From Candidatus Tenderia sp. (GTDB lineage: Bacteria > Pseudomonadota > Gammaproteobacteria > Tenderiales > Tenderiaceae): a stretch of DNA of 64,000 nucleotides. This document shows positions 1 through 13,010 of the stretch, one piece after another. A program made the position numbers and the translations under genes. The stretch spans positions 1-64,000 of the forward strand of contig JANOSY010000089.1 in NCBI GenBank assembly GCA_031416075.1. Direction: 5' to 3'. Positions within the stretch are counted from its first letter, which is position 1, and every line of letters begins with the position of its first letter. The notes under the pieces are model-generated. The model was not told the DNA's origin and searched no databases. It saw only the letters and a list, made by a program, of their open reading frames with translations.

Positions 1-145
1 TTCCGCTACGACAACAGCGATGAAATTCTTGGCGTTCTTCTTCTGTGAGTGAGATAGCAACGGGGACAGGCATAGTCAGCGCACCAGAAAATAAGGAAGG
101 AGTAGCGCTATTATATATGATCACACTATTTGTTACAGTACATTA
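1..145 (-). mobile_element. Left end of a probable IS630-family element (transposase N-terminus 73->1, runs off window)
   Basis: Minus-strand ATG at 73 gives MPVPVAISLTEEERQEFHRCCRSG, matching the I.LT.EER..L..RS start typical of IS630 transposases. The putative end TA|ATGTACTGTAAC at 145-132 fits a TA target. Confidence 0.55.
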
Positions 146-186
146 GCGTCATTAAAATCCATTAAAATCAATGTGATAAAAAATTA

Positions 187-2643
<2,457 letters not shown>

Positions 2644-2742
2644 TTAAAAATAGTTAACAACATCAATCCGTTGTTACATCTTATTTTTTTATTCATACTG
2701 TTTATTGATTATACAAGTTTATAGTTACCTAGTCTCCCATTA

Positions 2743-3804
2743 CTAAATAATGGTTCCCTGTTTCACGTGGAACACTTTTATATCGTCATAGTCTAGTAGA
2801 TTAAGTAACGAAAGATCTGTAGTGGTTATAAACACCTGCCCCTTTGTTGAATACATCATATCTAACAATGCTTTACGGTGCTTTTCATCTAATTCGGCAG
2901 GTAAATCATCAACCAATAAAGTACAAAACTTATTAAGTTTTCTAGAATAGAGCCGTGCTTGCGCTAAATACAGAGCACACGCTGCAAGTTTTATCTGTCC
3001 ACCTGAAAGATACTCACTTGCTGAATGACCATTTATCTGCATAGTTAAATCAGCACGGTGGGGACCTCTCTGAGTAAAACCAGCTTTGATATCAGTTTCA
3101 ATATGCAAATTCAAAGATTCTGCAAAGGTTTGGCCTTTATTCCAACCAGGTAAATATTCAAATGTAACTGATTCAATATTAGTTAACTCTTTAAAACAGA
3201 TTTGTGCCATTTCTGCCAATTGATTTGCATATTGTTGTCTTTGTGTATTTAGCTCATTACCAACATCAATAAGCTGCTTATTCCAGGTCGATAGTTGTGT
3301 TGTACTTTGTCTTAAAGCAATATTTCTTTGTATAAGTATGCGATTGTAACGTTGCCATATTTCAAAAAAACAATGTTCCACGTGAAACAAACCCCAATCA
3401 AGAAATCTACGTCGTTGACGTGGACTACCCTTTATGAGCTTATCGCCATCTGGAGTTATTAATAACAATGGAACATAAAGGGCAAGATCTGATGATTTTT
3501 TTAAAAATTGGCTATTGAGTTTGGCTTGAAATTGACTGTTTTGAATTTGAATACGAAGATGATTACTAGTATCAGCCTCTTTTGATTGACTAAAAATAAA
3601 CAGTAGCTCTTCACCGCTACGAATAATTTTTTTATTATAAGCAGAACGAAAGGTACGACCTCGTCCTAAAATATAAATTGCTTCTAGGATAGAGGTTTTG
3701 CCACTGCCATTTTCGCCATAAATAACATTGAATCTAGAGTGCGGTTCCAGATTCATGTCAATAATGTTTCGAAGATTTTGAATAGTGAGTGAATTAAGAC
3801 TCAC
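2743..3804 (-). CDS. recF: DNA replication/repair protein RecF
   Basis: Walker A GENGSGKTS, GPHRADL, LSGGQ, LLVDD; lies between dnaN and gyrB. Confidence 0.97.
   Translation of the reverse strand: MSLNSLTIQNLRNIIDMNLEPHSRFNVIYGENGSGKTSILEAIYILGRGRTFRSAYNKKIIRSGEELLFIFSQSKEADTSNHLRIQIQNSQFQAKLNSQFLKKSSDLALYVPLLLITPDGDKLIKGSPRQRRRFLDWGLFHVEHCFFEIWQRYNRILIQRNIALRQSTTQLSTWNKQLIDVGNELNTQRQQYANQLAEMAQICFKELTNIESVTFEYLPGWNKGQTFAESLNLHIETDIKAGFTQRGPHRADLTMQINGHSASEYLSGGQIKLAACALYLAQARLYSRKLNKFCTLLVDDLPAELDEKHRKALLDMMYSTKGQVFITTTDLSLLNLLDYDDIKVFHVKQGTII
2759..2774. promoter_or_regulatory. parS centromere site (within recF)
   Basis: TGTTTCACGTGGAACA, 1 mismatch from consensus TGTTTCACGTGAAACA; parAB present in window. 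Confidence 0.9.
3374..3389. promoter_or_regulatory. parS centromere site (within recF)
   Basis: TGTTCCACGTGAAACA, 1 mismatch from consensus. Confidence 0.9.
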
Positions 3805-3857
3805 TTTTGATTGCCCAACTATCTGTTATGTAAAAACTGTTTGAGAATGTAATAAAT

Positions 3858-4958
3858 TTAAAGCCTCATTGGCATTACAACGTATTTACATGCTTCGGAA
3901 TCAGGCTTTCTAATCAAACAACAGCTATTTTGATCAGTTAATTCTAGTAGTACTTTGTCTGTTGTAAGGGCACTTAATGCATCAAGTACGTAGGTTGCGT
4001 TAAAACCTACTTCTAATCCAGGGCCTTCATAATCCACTTGAACCTCTTCTTCAGCTGTTTCTTGTTCCGGATTGTTAGCGACTACCTGAATTATTCCAGA
4101 ACTTAAGGTAAACCGTACGCTGCGGTATTTTTCATTTGATAAAATTGAAGCTCGACTTAAAGCCTGACGTAAAACAGTACGATCAGCAATGACAATTTTA
4201 TCACCACCTTGAGGAACAACACGCTGATAATCAGGGAAACGTCCATCTATCAGTTTTGTGATAAAGCTCATTTCATTTGTAGATAATCTAATGTGATTAC
4301 TGCTTAGCTCAATAGTAATAGGTGTTTCACTGTTATCTAAAAGACGTGCAAGTTCCATTACCGCTTTACGTGGCACAATAATTTGTTGTAATTCAGATGC
4401 TTGAATTTCTGCTGCAACATCACATAACGCAAGTCTATGGCCATCTGTTGCAACTGCTCGTATTTGATTTTCAGAGAACTCTAGTAAAAGCCCATTGAGA
4501 TAATATCTTACATCTTGTTGCGCCATTGCAAAATGTGTTTGATCTATAAGGGTTTTTAAATCTGATTGAGTAATTTTGAACTTTAAAGAAGACTCAAAAT
4601 TATCAATATTTGGAAACTCTGTTGCTGGTAATGTTGAAAGTGTAAAGCGGCTCTTTCCTGAACGGATAGTGGCCCGTTCTCCTTCTGTTTTGATTGTAAT
4701 TTGGGCTGCATCAGGTAGTGCTTTACAAATATCCATCAGTTTTCGTGCTGGAAGAGTTATTTCTCCAGTGTCACTTTGAGGCAATAGTAAATGGGTCACC
4801 ATTTCAATCTCAAGATCAGTTGCTGTAATAGAAAGTTGATCCTTTTTTATTTTAAGCAATACATTACCTAAAATAGGCAATGTTTGACGGCGTTCAACAA
4901 CGCCAATAACCATTTGTAGTGGTTTTAAAAGCGATTCTCGATCGATCTTGATTTCCAT
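3858..4958 (-). CDS. dnaN: DNA polymerase III beta sliding clamp
   Basis: RQTLPILGN, ATDGHRLA, C-terminal YVVMPMRL. Confidence 0.99.
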   Translation of the reverse strand: MEIKIDRESLLKPLQMVIGVVERRQTLPILGNVLLKIKKDQLSITATDLEIEMVTHLLLPQSDTGEITLPARKLMDICKALPDAAQITIKTEGERATIRSGKSRFTLSTLPATEFPNIDNFESSLKFKITQSDLKTLIDQTHFAMAQQDVRYYLNGLLLEFSENQIRAVATDGHRLALCDVAAEIQASELQQIIVPRKAVMELARLLDNSETPITIELSSNHIRLSTNEMSFITKLIDGRFPDYQRVVPQGGDKIVIADRTVLRQALSRASILSNEKYRSVRFTLSSGIIQVVANNPEQETAEEEVQVDYEGPGLEVGFNATYVLDALSALTTDKVLLELTDQNSCCLIRKPDSEACKYVVMPMRL

Positions 4959-4964
4959 GGTTAT

Positions 4965-5185
4965 CCTTACACATTAAATAATATATATAGTTTTAGTACT
5001 TTTGTTGTTGTTATTGTTAAGTAAGGCATTTTTTGTGCGTAACTAAAAAAAAATTATATTTTTCAAAAAGATACATTGATAAATCTCAATTTTAACTTGC
5101 GTATAAAGGGTCTGTTTAATCTGATTATGCTGTGGATAAATAGCCTATTTATCCACAGCTAAAATTTATCCACAGATTTTATACA
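4965..5185. other. Probable oriC (dnaA-dnaN intergenic): AT-rich unwinding region plus DnaA boxes
   Basis: Perfect DnaA boxes TGTGGATAA 5131-5139, TTATCCACA 5149-5157 and 5166-5174. Degenerate boxes near 5034 and 5098. Very AT-rich 4975-5095. Confidence 0.75.
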
Positions 5186-6586
5186 TCATGTTGATAGTAT
5201 TCTTAACAGGTTTTGATGATCTTCATTCATTCGTACGTCAGCGTCTCGTAACTCATTGATTTTTTTACATGCATGAAGCACTGTCGTATGGTCTCTGCCA
5301 CCAAAAGCATCTCCTATCTCAGGCAGACTATGGTTAGTTAACTCTTTAGCTAAGGCCATTGCAAGTTGGCGTGGACGTGTTATTGAACGTGAACGTTTTT
5401 TTGAATGGAGGTCAGCCACACGGATTTTATAATACTCGGCAACGGTTTTTTGAATATTTTCAATAGTCACTTGTTTATCTTGAGCGGCTAACAGATCACG
5501 CAAAGCATCTTTTGTAAAATCCAGGGTGATGGGTTTTGCCATAAATCGAGAGTTGGCTATTACACGACGTAAAGCCCCTTCTAATTCACGCACATTAGAG
5601 CGTACCCGCTTGGCGATGAAAAATGCCACTTCATGGGGGAGTATAATTTGCATCTGTTGTGCTTTATTCATCAAAATAGCTACCCGTGTCTCTAACTCAG
5701 GTGGTTCAATGGCAACAGTTAAGCCCCATCCAAACCGTGATTTAAGCCGTTCTTCCAGCCCATCAATCTCTTTTGGATAACGATCACAACTGATAATTAT
5801 CTGCTGATGACCTTCAATTAAGGCGTTAAACGTATGAAACAACTCTTCTTGGGAACGATCTTTTCCGGCAAAAAACTGAATATCATCAATAAGTAAGGCG
5901 TCAACAGAGCGATAGTATCGTTTAAAATCACTCATGGAGTTATGTTGTAGGGCTTTTACCATATCGCCCACAAAACGTTCAGAGTGAACGTAAACAATTT
6001 TAGAGCTATGGTTTTTTTGTAACATTAAGTTACCCACAGCATGCATTAGATGGGTTTTGCCTAAACCAGCCCCACCATAGATAAACAATGGGTTATAAGC
6101 AACGCCTGGGTTTTCACCTATTTGAACCGAAGCCGCTTTGGCTATTTGGTTAGATTTACCTTCAACAAAACTAGAAAAGGTATATTCATCACGTAAGTTA
6201 CTAACATGTTTTAAGGTGTTAGTATCATCGCGACGACGAAAAATAGGTGTGCCAGCGTCTGCGATAGCTACTGCCTTTATAGTTGCTTTTTCGTCGGTAA
6301 TGTTTCGAATAGTTGGTGAGATGGCCGTTACTGTTGAAGTAGGTTTTTGAATAGAGCCAATTTCAAGGGTGACACGATGATACTCACCATTACGAAGCTT
6401 GCTTATAATTGATTGAATATTATCGAAAAAACGTTCATTAACCCAGTCAAGAACAAAACGATTGGGGGCTAATAAGCGTAGTGCGCCATTATCCTCTACT
6501 GCTTGCAGAGGACGAATCCAGGTATTGAATTGTTGAGCGTTCAATTGACTTTCGAGTTGTTCAAGACACTGTTGCCAAAGTGACAT
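5186..6586 (-). CDS. dnaA: Chromosomal replication initiator DnaA
   Basis: [36 protein letters not shown]. Confidence 0.99.
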   Translation of the reverse strand: MSLWQQCLEQLESQLNAQQFNTWIRPLQAVEDNGALRLLAPNRFVLDWVNERFFDNIQSIISKLRNGEYHRVTLEIGSIQKPTSTVTAISPTIRNITDEKATIKAVAIADAGTPIFRRRDDTNTLKHVSNLRDEYTFSSFVEGKSNQIAKAASVQIGENPGVAYNPLFIYGGAGLGKTHLMHAVGNLMLQKNHSSKIVYVHSERFVGDMVKALQHNSMSDFKRYYRSVDALLIDDIQFFAGKDRSQEELFHTFNALIEGHQQIIISCDRYPKEIDGLEERLKSRFGWGLTVAIEPPELETRVAILMNKAQQMQIILPHEVAFFIAKRVRSNVRELEGALRRVIANSRFMAKPITLDFTKDALRDLLAAQDKQVTIENIQKTVAEYYKIRVADLHSKKRSRSITRPRQLAMALAKELTNHSLPEIGDAFGGRDHTTVLHACKKINELRDADVRMNEDHQNLLRILST

Positions 6587-6662
6587 ACTTGCCTGTACCT
6601 CTGGTTGGCGTGTGATTATTGCAAAGCTGGGAAGCAGGTAAGTCTATACTGCTTCATCTTAG

Positions 6663-6707
6663 TTATCCACACCGCTATCCACAATTTTATACACAAGCCG
6701 ATACACA
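6663..6707. promoter_or_regulatory. Tandem DnaA boxes upstream of dnaA
   Basis: TTATCCACA 6663, CTATCCACA 6675, TTATACACA 6687, CGATACACA 6699. Confidence 0.85.
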
Positions 6708-6714
6708 GTGGTTA

Positions 6715-6744
6715 TTGACAGCGGCCAGGGATAACGAATATCCT
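6715..6744 (+). promoter_or_regulatory. Putative sigma70 promoter of rpmH
   Basis: TTGACA 6715-6720, 18-nt spacer, TATCCT 6739-6744. Confidence 0.45.
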
Positions 6745-6818
6745 TGCGGGCTTTCGCTGGGATGGGCGAGTCCCCGTCGTGGCTGAATATTTTTTAAACA
6801 CAATTGAGTGATTAGGCA

Positions 6819-6953
6819 ATGAAAAGAACATTTCAACCCAGTAATTTAAAGCGTAAACGTGTTCATGGATTCCGCGCACGTATGGCTACCCCAGGTGGTC
6901 GTAAAATTCTAAACAATCGTCGTGCAAAAGGTCGTAAACGTCTGGCCGTATAG
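6819..6953 (+). CDS. rpmH: 50S ribosomal protein L34 (missed by ORF track)
   Basis: Manual translation [44 protein letters not shown]. Confidence 0.98.
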   Translation: MKRTFQPSNLKRKRVHGFRARMATPGGRKILNNRRAKGRKRLAV

Positions 6954-6970
6954 TTTTTGCGAGCTGGCTC

Positions 6971-7333
6971 TTGAACGCCTGCCAACAGGGGTTTCATAAA
7001 GACCTCAGATTGACGTCGGCGGGTGAGTTCGACCACGTGTTTGCTAATCCAAGTCGATCTGCAAATCGTTGTTTTACGATTTTAGTTAGGGAAAATGGTC
7101 GTGCTTATCCTAGGTTAGGATTGATTATTTCCAAACGTTGCGCCAAGTCATCAGTTCAGCGAAACAGGCTTAAGCGTTTGATTCGTGAAAGCTTTCGGCA
7201 TAATCAGCAGGCTCTTTCCAGTTTTGACGTGGTTGTGATTGGCAAAAATATAGCGGTTGAGAAAACTAACCAAGAGCTATTTACGTTGCTAAGTCGACAA
7301 TGGAAGGAGCTGCAGCGGTGCAAAGGATCCTGA
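6971..7333 (+). CDS. rnpA: Ribonuclease P protein component
   Basis: PRLGLIISKR, SVQRNRLKRLIRESFR motif; follows rpmH. Confidence 0.97.
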   Translation: MNACQQGFHKDLRLTSAGEFDHVFANPSRSANRCFTILVRENGRAYPRLGLIISKRCAKSSVQRNRLKRLIRESFRHNQQALSSFDVVVIGKNIAVEKTNQELFTLLSRQWKELQRCKGS

Positions 7334-7542
7334 TTCTGGCAGTAAAAGCCTACCGGCTACTGCTGAGTCCCTTTCTTGGCAATAACTGCCGTTATTACCC
7401 CACTTGTTCCGAATACGCAGTAATAGCTATTGATCGCCACGGTACCGTCAGGGGAAGTTGGTTGGCGGTTAAGCGTATCGGTCGTTGTCATCCCTGGCAT
7501 TCGGGGGGTATAGACCCGGTGCCTGAACAGTTGGACAAGTAA
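7300..7542 (+). CDS. yidD: Membrane protein insertion efficiency factor (start may be GTG 7318)
   Basis: CRYYPTCSEY, RCHPWHSGGIDPVP. Confidence 0.95.
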   Translation: MEGAAAVQRILILAVKAYRLLLSPFLGNNCRYYPTCSEYAVIAIDRHGTVRGSWLAVKRIGRCHPWHSGGIDPVPEQLDK

Positions 7543-7552
7543 GAAAATAATC

Positions 7553-9229
7553 ATGGATAATCAACGATTAATACTTTTTTTTGGACTTGTTCTCGTATCT
7601 TTTTTGATGTGGGAAGCCTGGACACAGGATTATGCTCCAAAACCTGCAACAATCTCGGCCAATAAAACTGTCACTCCTCAGATGCCTGCAGCTCCGGGTG
7701 ATGTCCCAGCGACACAACGTTCTGCACTCAATGAATTAGCGCCGCGTATTGCCTCAGAATCAGAAGCTGTTGCTGCCGATGTAGCCAGTAGCCAGCGTAT
7801 TCGAGTTAAAACGGATACGCTTGAGATTGTCATCGAAAGTCGTGGTGGTGATATTCGTGAAGTTGATCTGCTCAAATATCCTGCGGCTAGTAGTGAACCG
7901 GGTAATCCGTTCCAATTGATGAAAGATACGCTGCCTAACTTATTTGTGGCGCAAAGTGGCCTACTCTCTACAGCGGAGGCACCTGACCATTACGCACTGT
8001 TCAGTGCAGAGAAGAGTGAGTATCTGTTGGCTGAAGGCCAAAATGAGTTGCGTGTTCCACTGGTATGGCAGGGGGATAATGGTATTAAGGTGACTAAAAC
8101 CTTGGTATTCAGCCGTGGCAACCACTTTGTTGATATAGAACAGCGTGTTGAAAATGGTTCTGCAGAGCCTTGGAGTGGCAGTCAGTATCGCCAACTTCAG
8201 CGCAGTCTGCCGGATGGTAGTAACAGCTCATTTTTCATTCATACCTATACAGGGGGTGTGATTTACAGCGAAGCCGAGAAATATGAAAAGATCGATTTTG
8301 ATGATATGGCTACGGCTGATCTGAATCGTGAGATTACGGGTGGCTGGGCCGCAATGATCCAGCACTATTTTCTGGCAGGATTTATCCCCGCTCAAGATGA
8401 GATCAATAAGTTTTACACCAAGGTAGCAAGTGCTGACCGTTATGTCATTGGATTGGTCTCACCGGTTAAGGTTGTTCAGCCGGGCCAGAGTGATAGCTTT
8501 AGCAGTCGTCTTTATGTGGGGCCAAAAGAGCAGGAGACTCTGGCGGATTTGGCTCCTGGCTTAGAGCTGACCGTTGATTATGGGATGTTGACTGTTATAG
8601 CCAAACCGTTGTTTTGGGTAATGAACTGGTTTCATGGGCTGGTAGGTAATTGGGGTTGGGCAATACTGATGGTAACGTTGGTGATCAAGCTGATCTTTTT
8701 CCCCCTTTCTGCGGCCAGTTACCGTTCGATGGCCAACATGCGTAAGTTTGCACCTAAGATGCAGCAGCTTAAAGAGCGTTATGGCGATGACCGTCAGCGG
8801 ATGAGTCAGGCGATGATGGAACTCTATAAAAAAGAGAAAATCAATCCGTTGGGCGGTTGTTTGCCGATGATTGTGCAGATCCCAGTCTTTATTGCGCTGT
8901 ATTGGGTGTTGCTTGAGAGTGTAGAGCTACGCCAAGCCCCTTTTATACTTTGGGTTCAGGATCTATCGATTAAAGACCCATACTACATATTGCCGCTTTT
9001 GATGGGCGTTAGTATGTTTATTCAGCAAAAATTGAATCCGGCGCCGCCTGATCCAATACAAGCCAAAGTCATGATGGCCTTGCCAATTATCTTTACACTC
9101 TTCTTTGCGTTTTTCCCGGCAGGTTTAGTGCTTTACTGGTTGGCCAACAGCGTATTGTCAGTGGCACAACAATGGTATATAACCGCTAAAATAGATAAAG
9201 CGACCGCAGCGGCAGCGGTTAATAAATAG
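7553..9229 (+). CDS. yidC: Membrane protein insertase YidC
   Basis: MDNQRLIL, GWAAMIQHYF, NPLGGCLP, PAGLVLYW. Confidence 0.98.
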   Translation: MDNQRLILFFGLVLVSFLMWEAWTQDYAPKPATISANKTVTPQMPAAPGDVPATQRSALNELAPRIASESEAVAADVASSQRIRVKTDTLEIVIESRGGDIREVDLLKYPAASSEPGNPFQLMKDTLPNLFVAQSGLLSTAEAPDHYALFSAEKSEYLLAEGQNELRVPLVWQGDNGIKVTKTLVFSRGNHFVDIEQRVENGSAEPWSGSQYRQLQRSLPDGSNSSFFIHTYTGGVIYSEAEKYEKIDFDDMATADLNREITGGWAAMIQHYFLAGFIPAQDEINKFYTKVASADRYVIGLVSPVKVVQPGQSDSFSSRLYVGPKEQETLADLAPGLELTVDYGMLTVIAKPLFWVMNWFHGLVGNWGWAILMVTLVIKLIFFPLSAASYRSMANMRKFAPKMQQLKERYGDDRQRMSQAMMELYKKEKINPLGGCLPMIVQIPVFIALYWVLLESVELRQAPFILWVQDLSIKDPYYILPLLMGVSMFIQQKLNPAPPDPIQAKVMMALPIIFTLFFAFFPAGLVLYWLANSVLSVAQQWYITAKIDKATAAAAVNK

Positions 9230-9232
9230 GTT

Positions 9233-9257
9233 AAAAGGGCACCTTTGGTGCCCTTTT
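9233..9257 (+). terminator. Intrinsic (bidirectional-type) terminator after yidC
   Basis: AAAAGGGCACC-ttt-GGTGCCCTTTT. Confidence 0.8.
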
Positions 9258-9280
9258 CAATAACAGCTATTTTTATATCT

Positions 9281-10633
9281 ATGCATCTTCAAACAGACAC
9301 CATAGCAGCAGTGGCTACTCCCCCTGGGCGTGGTGGGGTTGGCATCATCCGTATTTCAGGTCCCAATGTACGTGAAATTGCAGCGGCTGTTTTGGGACGT
9401 TGCCCGCCACTGCGTGAGGCAACGTATCTCCCTTTCTGTGATAGCGACAGAACCACTATTGATCAAGGCATTGCCATTTTTTTTAAAGCGCCATTTTCAT
9501 TTACCGGTGAAGATGTATTAGAGCTGCAAGGTCATGGTGGACCGGTAGTGCTTGATCTATTGCTGGCGCGTGTTGTTAAGCTAGGGGCCCGCCTGGCGCA
9601 ACCGGGAGAGTTCTCACAGCGCGCTTTTCTTAATGACAAGCTAGACTTAGCCCAGGCGGAAGCCATTGCTGATCTCATCGACAGTTCAACAGTTGAGGCG
9701 GCACGTTCTGCGTTGCGTTCACTGCAGGGTGAGTTTTCTGCCCATATTCAAACGTTAGTTGAGTCCTTAATTAGATTGCGAATCTATGTCGAGGCTGCAA
9801 TTGACTTTCCAGAAGAGGAGGTCGATTTTCTGGCCGACACTATCATTGTGGAACAGCTGCAAGCGATCATTGTTAATTTAAAAAACATTCTTGCTCAGGC
9901 GCAGCAAGGGTGTCTATTACGGGAAGGGATGAACGTAGTCATTGCTGGGCAACCAAATGTGGGTAAATCGAGTCTCTTGAATCGATTGGCGCAACGTGAA
10001 CTGGCTATTGTGACCGATATTGCGGGTACAACCCGCGATACACTGCGTCATGAACTGAGTATTGATGGATTGCCGATTCATATTATTGATACCGCAGGAT
10101 TGCGTGAAAGCAGTGATACCGTTGAACAGATTGGTATTCAGCGGGCATGGCATGAGATTCAACAGGCGGATCAGATTCTTTTGCTGGTGAATGATATCAG
10201 CGGTATTACCGCTGAAGACCAAAAAATTATTGATCGTTTGCCGGCCAACATTGCTGTTACTGTTATTCGTAACAAAATTGATCTGAGTGAGAGTAGTGCT
10301 GGCAGTAGCGATGGCCCGCTGGGGAAAGAGATTTCTCTCTCGGCAAAAACAGGCTGTGGATTTGAATTGCTTATTCAACATTTAAAAGAGTCTGTTGGAT
10401 ATCGGCATGTTGGTGAGGGTAGTTTTACGGCTCGCCGCCGCCATGTGGATGCACTGCAACGTGGGCTTGATTTGGTTTTACAGGGAGAGCAGCAGTTACT
10501 ATTGCATCGTGCAGGAGAGCTTCTGGCTGAGGATTTACGTCATGCACAAGAGTGCCTCAGTGAAATCACCGGTGAATTCAGCTCCGATGATCTCCTGGGA
10601 CGGATATTCAGTTCATTTTGTATCGGGAAGTAA
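9281..10633 (+). CDS. mnmE: tRNA modification GTPase MnmE/TrmE
   Basis: [29 protein letters not shown]-terminal FCIGK; ATG 9281 preferred. Confidence 0.98.
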   Translation: MHLQTDTIAAVATPPGRGGVGIIRISGPNVREIAAAVLGRCPPLREATYLPFCDSDRTTIDQGIAIFFKAPFSFTGEDVLELQGHGGPVVLDLLLARVVKLGARLAQPGEFSQRAFLNDKLDLAQAEAIADLIDSSTVEAARSALRSLQGEFSAHIQTLVESLIRLRIYVEAAIDFPEEEVDFLADTIIVEQLQAIIVNLKNILAQAQQGCLLREGMNVVIAGQPNVGKSSLLNRLAQRELAIVTDIAGTTRDTLRHELSIDGLPIHIIDTAGLRESSDTVEQIGIQRAWHEIQQADQILLLVNDISGITAEDQKIIDRLPANIAVTVIRNKIDLSESSAGSSDGPLGKEISLSAKTGCGFELLIQHLKESVGYRHVGEGSFTARRRHVDALQRGLDLVLQGEQQLLLHRAGELLAEDLRHAQECLSEITGEFSSDDLLGRIFSSFCIGK

Positions 10634-10708
10634 TATCAAAAATCGTTCATCTTTTTAGAGTGGCACTCATTATTTCTTACTGTTCATTACGTAGATAAGG
10701 CTCGACGA

Positions 10709-11014
10709 TTAAGAGTCTACCTCTTCCAGATCATCATCCATATATTTTTTCATCTGTTCCAACTCGGTGCGGGATAGATGTTTACGCTGAACCTCATCAA
10801 GTTTGACGGGGTCACGGATGATAGCACCCACGGCATGAATCCACTGATCCAGTACTGGGTCCTGAAAACGGTAATCGTTAAATGTAAAATTTAGCCAACC
10901 AGCTCCATCCTGGGCAGCAAAAATCTCTGGTTCTATATCGATGGGAAAAACGTCTTTAACATTAGCTTCCATGGTTGCACTGGCATAAGGTAATTCTGTT
11001 TTTTGATTGGTCAT
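10709..11014 (-). CDS. Small hypothetical protein
   Basis: 101-aa ORF with AAGGA RBS, downstream of the transglutaminase gene. Confidence 0.6.
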   Translation of the reverse strand: MTNQKTELPYASATMEANVKDVFPIDIEPEIFAAQDGAGWLNFTFNDYRFQDPVLDQWIHAVGAIIRDPVKLDEVQRKHLSRTELEQMKKYMDDDLEEVDS

Positions 11015-11051
11015 GATGAATCCTTTTTATACAAATTTGTGGCGGCGGGTA

Positions 11052-13010
11052 CTATGGTTTAAAGTGGGCCACCTCTTCTCTTAGCTGTAGCAGTAATTGT
11101 GGCGTGCTGGTAGGACCATAGCGCAGTTGTGAATATAATTGTGTAATTAATAGAGTTGGAGCAGCTAGATCAGGGCACGTATTGATTGTACGCTGTGCAA
11201 ATGCGCTGGCATTTTCATGAGGAGCACGTATCAATCCACGACGCGATAGCTTATGACAAAAAATAAGATATTGTTGTTGAACTGGGTCAATGGTTGGTTG
11301 GCGTTTAGCAAGTATGAGCAGTGCAATAACGGTGAATAGTCCACCCACGGCTATTGCCATAGCCCATGCTAACTGTTTCCATGATTTTATATCAAGCCCT
11401 AATTTGTGTAGAAACCGTTCCTGTTGTTCCGGGCCATAACCAAGTATCCACTGATTCCAGTTGTTATTGATCGCGTCTATATTTTTTTTAAGTTGCTGTA
11501 GTAAGTTAACTATATTTTGATTATGGGCCATGGTGAATAGCACTGTTCCGCTGTTTCTGCTGGCACTGATATCGATTCCTCGCTCGATACGTTCGGGGGC
11601 AACCGCAGCGGTTGGGTCAACCCGTACCCATCCTCTCCCTGATAGCCACACCTCTGCCCATGCGTGAGCATCCCGCTGACGGATCACAAAATAATTTCCG
11701 ATCTCATTTAACTCTCCCCCTTGATACCCGGTAACAACCCGTGCCGGTATGTTTGCAGCACGCATGATCATTACAAAACTTGAGGCATAGTGTTCACAAA
11801 ACCCACGGCGACTCTGAAATAGAAACTCATCTGTTGAGTCTTTACTGAGTAATAGGGGCGGTTCAAGTGTGTAGATAAAGGGTTGATTGCGATAGATAGA
11901 AAGTGTTTGTTGAATGATGGCTTCATCATTGTGATAGTCACGTCGTAATGTACGGCCCAATGCAACGGTTTGTGGATTAACAGAGGTTGGCAATTGTAGT
12001 GATAAGTGGTGTAAAACAGGTGATATATCACCGGTATTATATTCTGGATAAGAGGCCATCTCATAGCGGACTCGTTGTGTAATATTATTGGCAGCAATAA
12101 ATTGATACTCAGTGCTGATCTGACCATGTTCATTACCATTAGCAGGTAAATCTAGGGCAAGCAGCCATTTTTTATTATGTGGTTCTAGTGTCAGGGTGTA
12201 GTTAATTGGGTTTCCGTGCCATTGGGCTTCTACACTATTAATGTAGGTTGTTGGAATGGGTCCCCAGTTACGCCCATCAGTCAGTGTCAACACTGGGCCA
12301 CGCCAATAACGTTGTTGTGGCGGTGGAACGGTATCTTTGAAACTAACACGAAATGCAATAGCATCGGATTGACTTAGACTGCTGATATTACCGGGGCTCA
12401 TGGAGTCACTCAGTCCGGTCATTCCCGAATAGGCATCTTTAGGTAGGCTCCATATTGGACCAGGCAAACGTGGGAATAGTATAAATAGCACGAGCATGAG
12501 TGGTAATGCCTGACCAAATAGCTGTGTGGATATTTTTAGGCTTGATTTTAAATGTGCAGAATGGTGATGTGTGAGGTGAATGTGTAAGGCAATTAATCCC
12601 CAACTCATGGTAAAAACATATAACGCAACGAAAATCGTTTGATGATATAAAAAATGTGTTATCAGTACAAAATAGGCCATAAAAAGGATAACTAATAGAT
12701 CGCGCCGTTGACGTAGCTCAATCAACTTTAGCGCCAACATAGCAACAAGCAGAGCAATGCCAGCATCACGTCCCGCGATACTTCCATATTGTGCAACGAT
12801 TGCACTAATCACAAGAGCGATAAGCAATACGCGGAGTAAGGCACCGGGCAAGCGCCAGCCCAATCGCGATGCTTGCCAGCGCCAGATGCCAATAATAATA
12901 ACGAGGGCGCTTTCCCACCATGGCAGTGTTAAAAAATGTGGTGCTAATATTAATAACATCATTAATAAAAGCAGGGTGATAGAGCGTTGACTGAGTATAT
13001 TCATACTCAT
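11052..13010 (-). CDS. DUF3488/transglutaminase TgpA-family membrane protein
   Basis: N-terminal TMs, GFCEHYAS catalytic Cys, ARVVTGYQGG, HAWAE, WVRVDPT. Confidence 0.93.
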   Translation of the reverse strand: MSMNILSQRSITLLLLMMLLILAPHFLTLPWWESALVIIIGIWRWQASRLGWRLPGALLRVLLIALVISAIVAQYGSIAGRDAGIALLVAMLALKLIELRQRRDLLVILFMAYFVLITHFLYHQTIFVALYVFTMSWGLIALHIHLTHHHSAHLKSSLKISTQLFGQALPLMLVLFILFPRLPGPIWSLPKDAYSGMTGLSDSMSPGNISSLSQSDAIAFRVSFKDTVPPPQQRYWRGPVLTLTDGRNWGPIPTTYINSVEAQWHGNPINYTLTLEPHNKKWLLALDLPANGNEHGQISTEYQFIAANNITQRVRYEMASYPEYNTGDISPVLHHLSLQLPTSVNPQTVALGRTLRRDYHNDEAIIQQTLSIYRNQPFIYTLEPPLLLSKDSTDEFLFQSRRGFCEHYASSFVMIMRAANIPARVVTGYQGGELNEIGNYFVIRQRDAHAWAEVWLSGRGWVRVDPTAAVAPERIERGIDISASRNSGTVLFTMAHNQNIVNLLQQLKKNIDAINNNWNQWILGYGPEQQERFLHKLGLDIKSWKQLAWAMAIAVGGLFTVIALLILAKRQPTIDPVQQQYLIFCHKLSRRGLIRAPHENASAFAQRTINTCPDLAAPTLLITQLYSQLRYGPTSTPQLLLQLREEVAHFKP

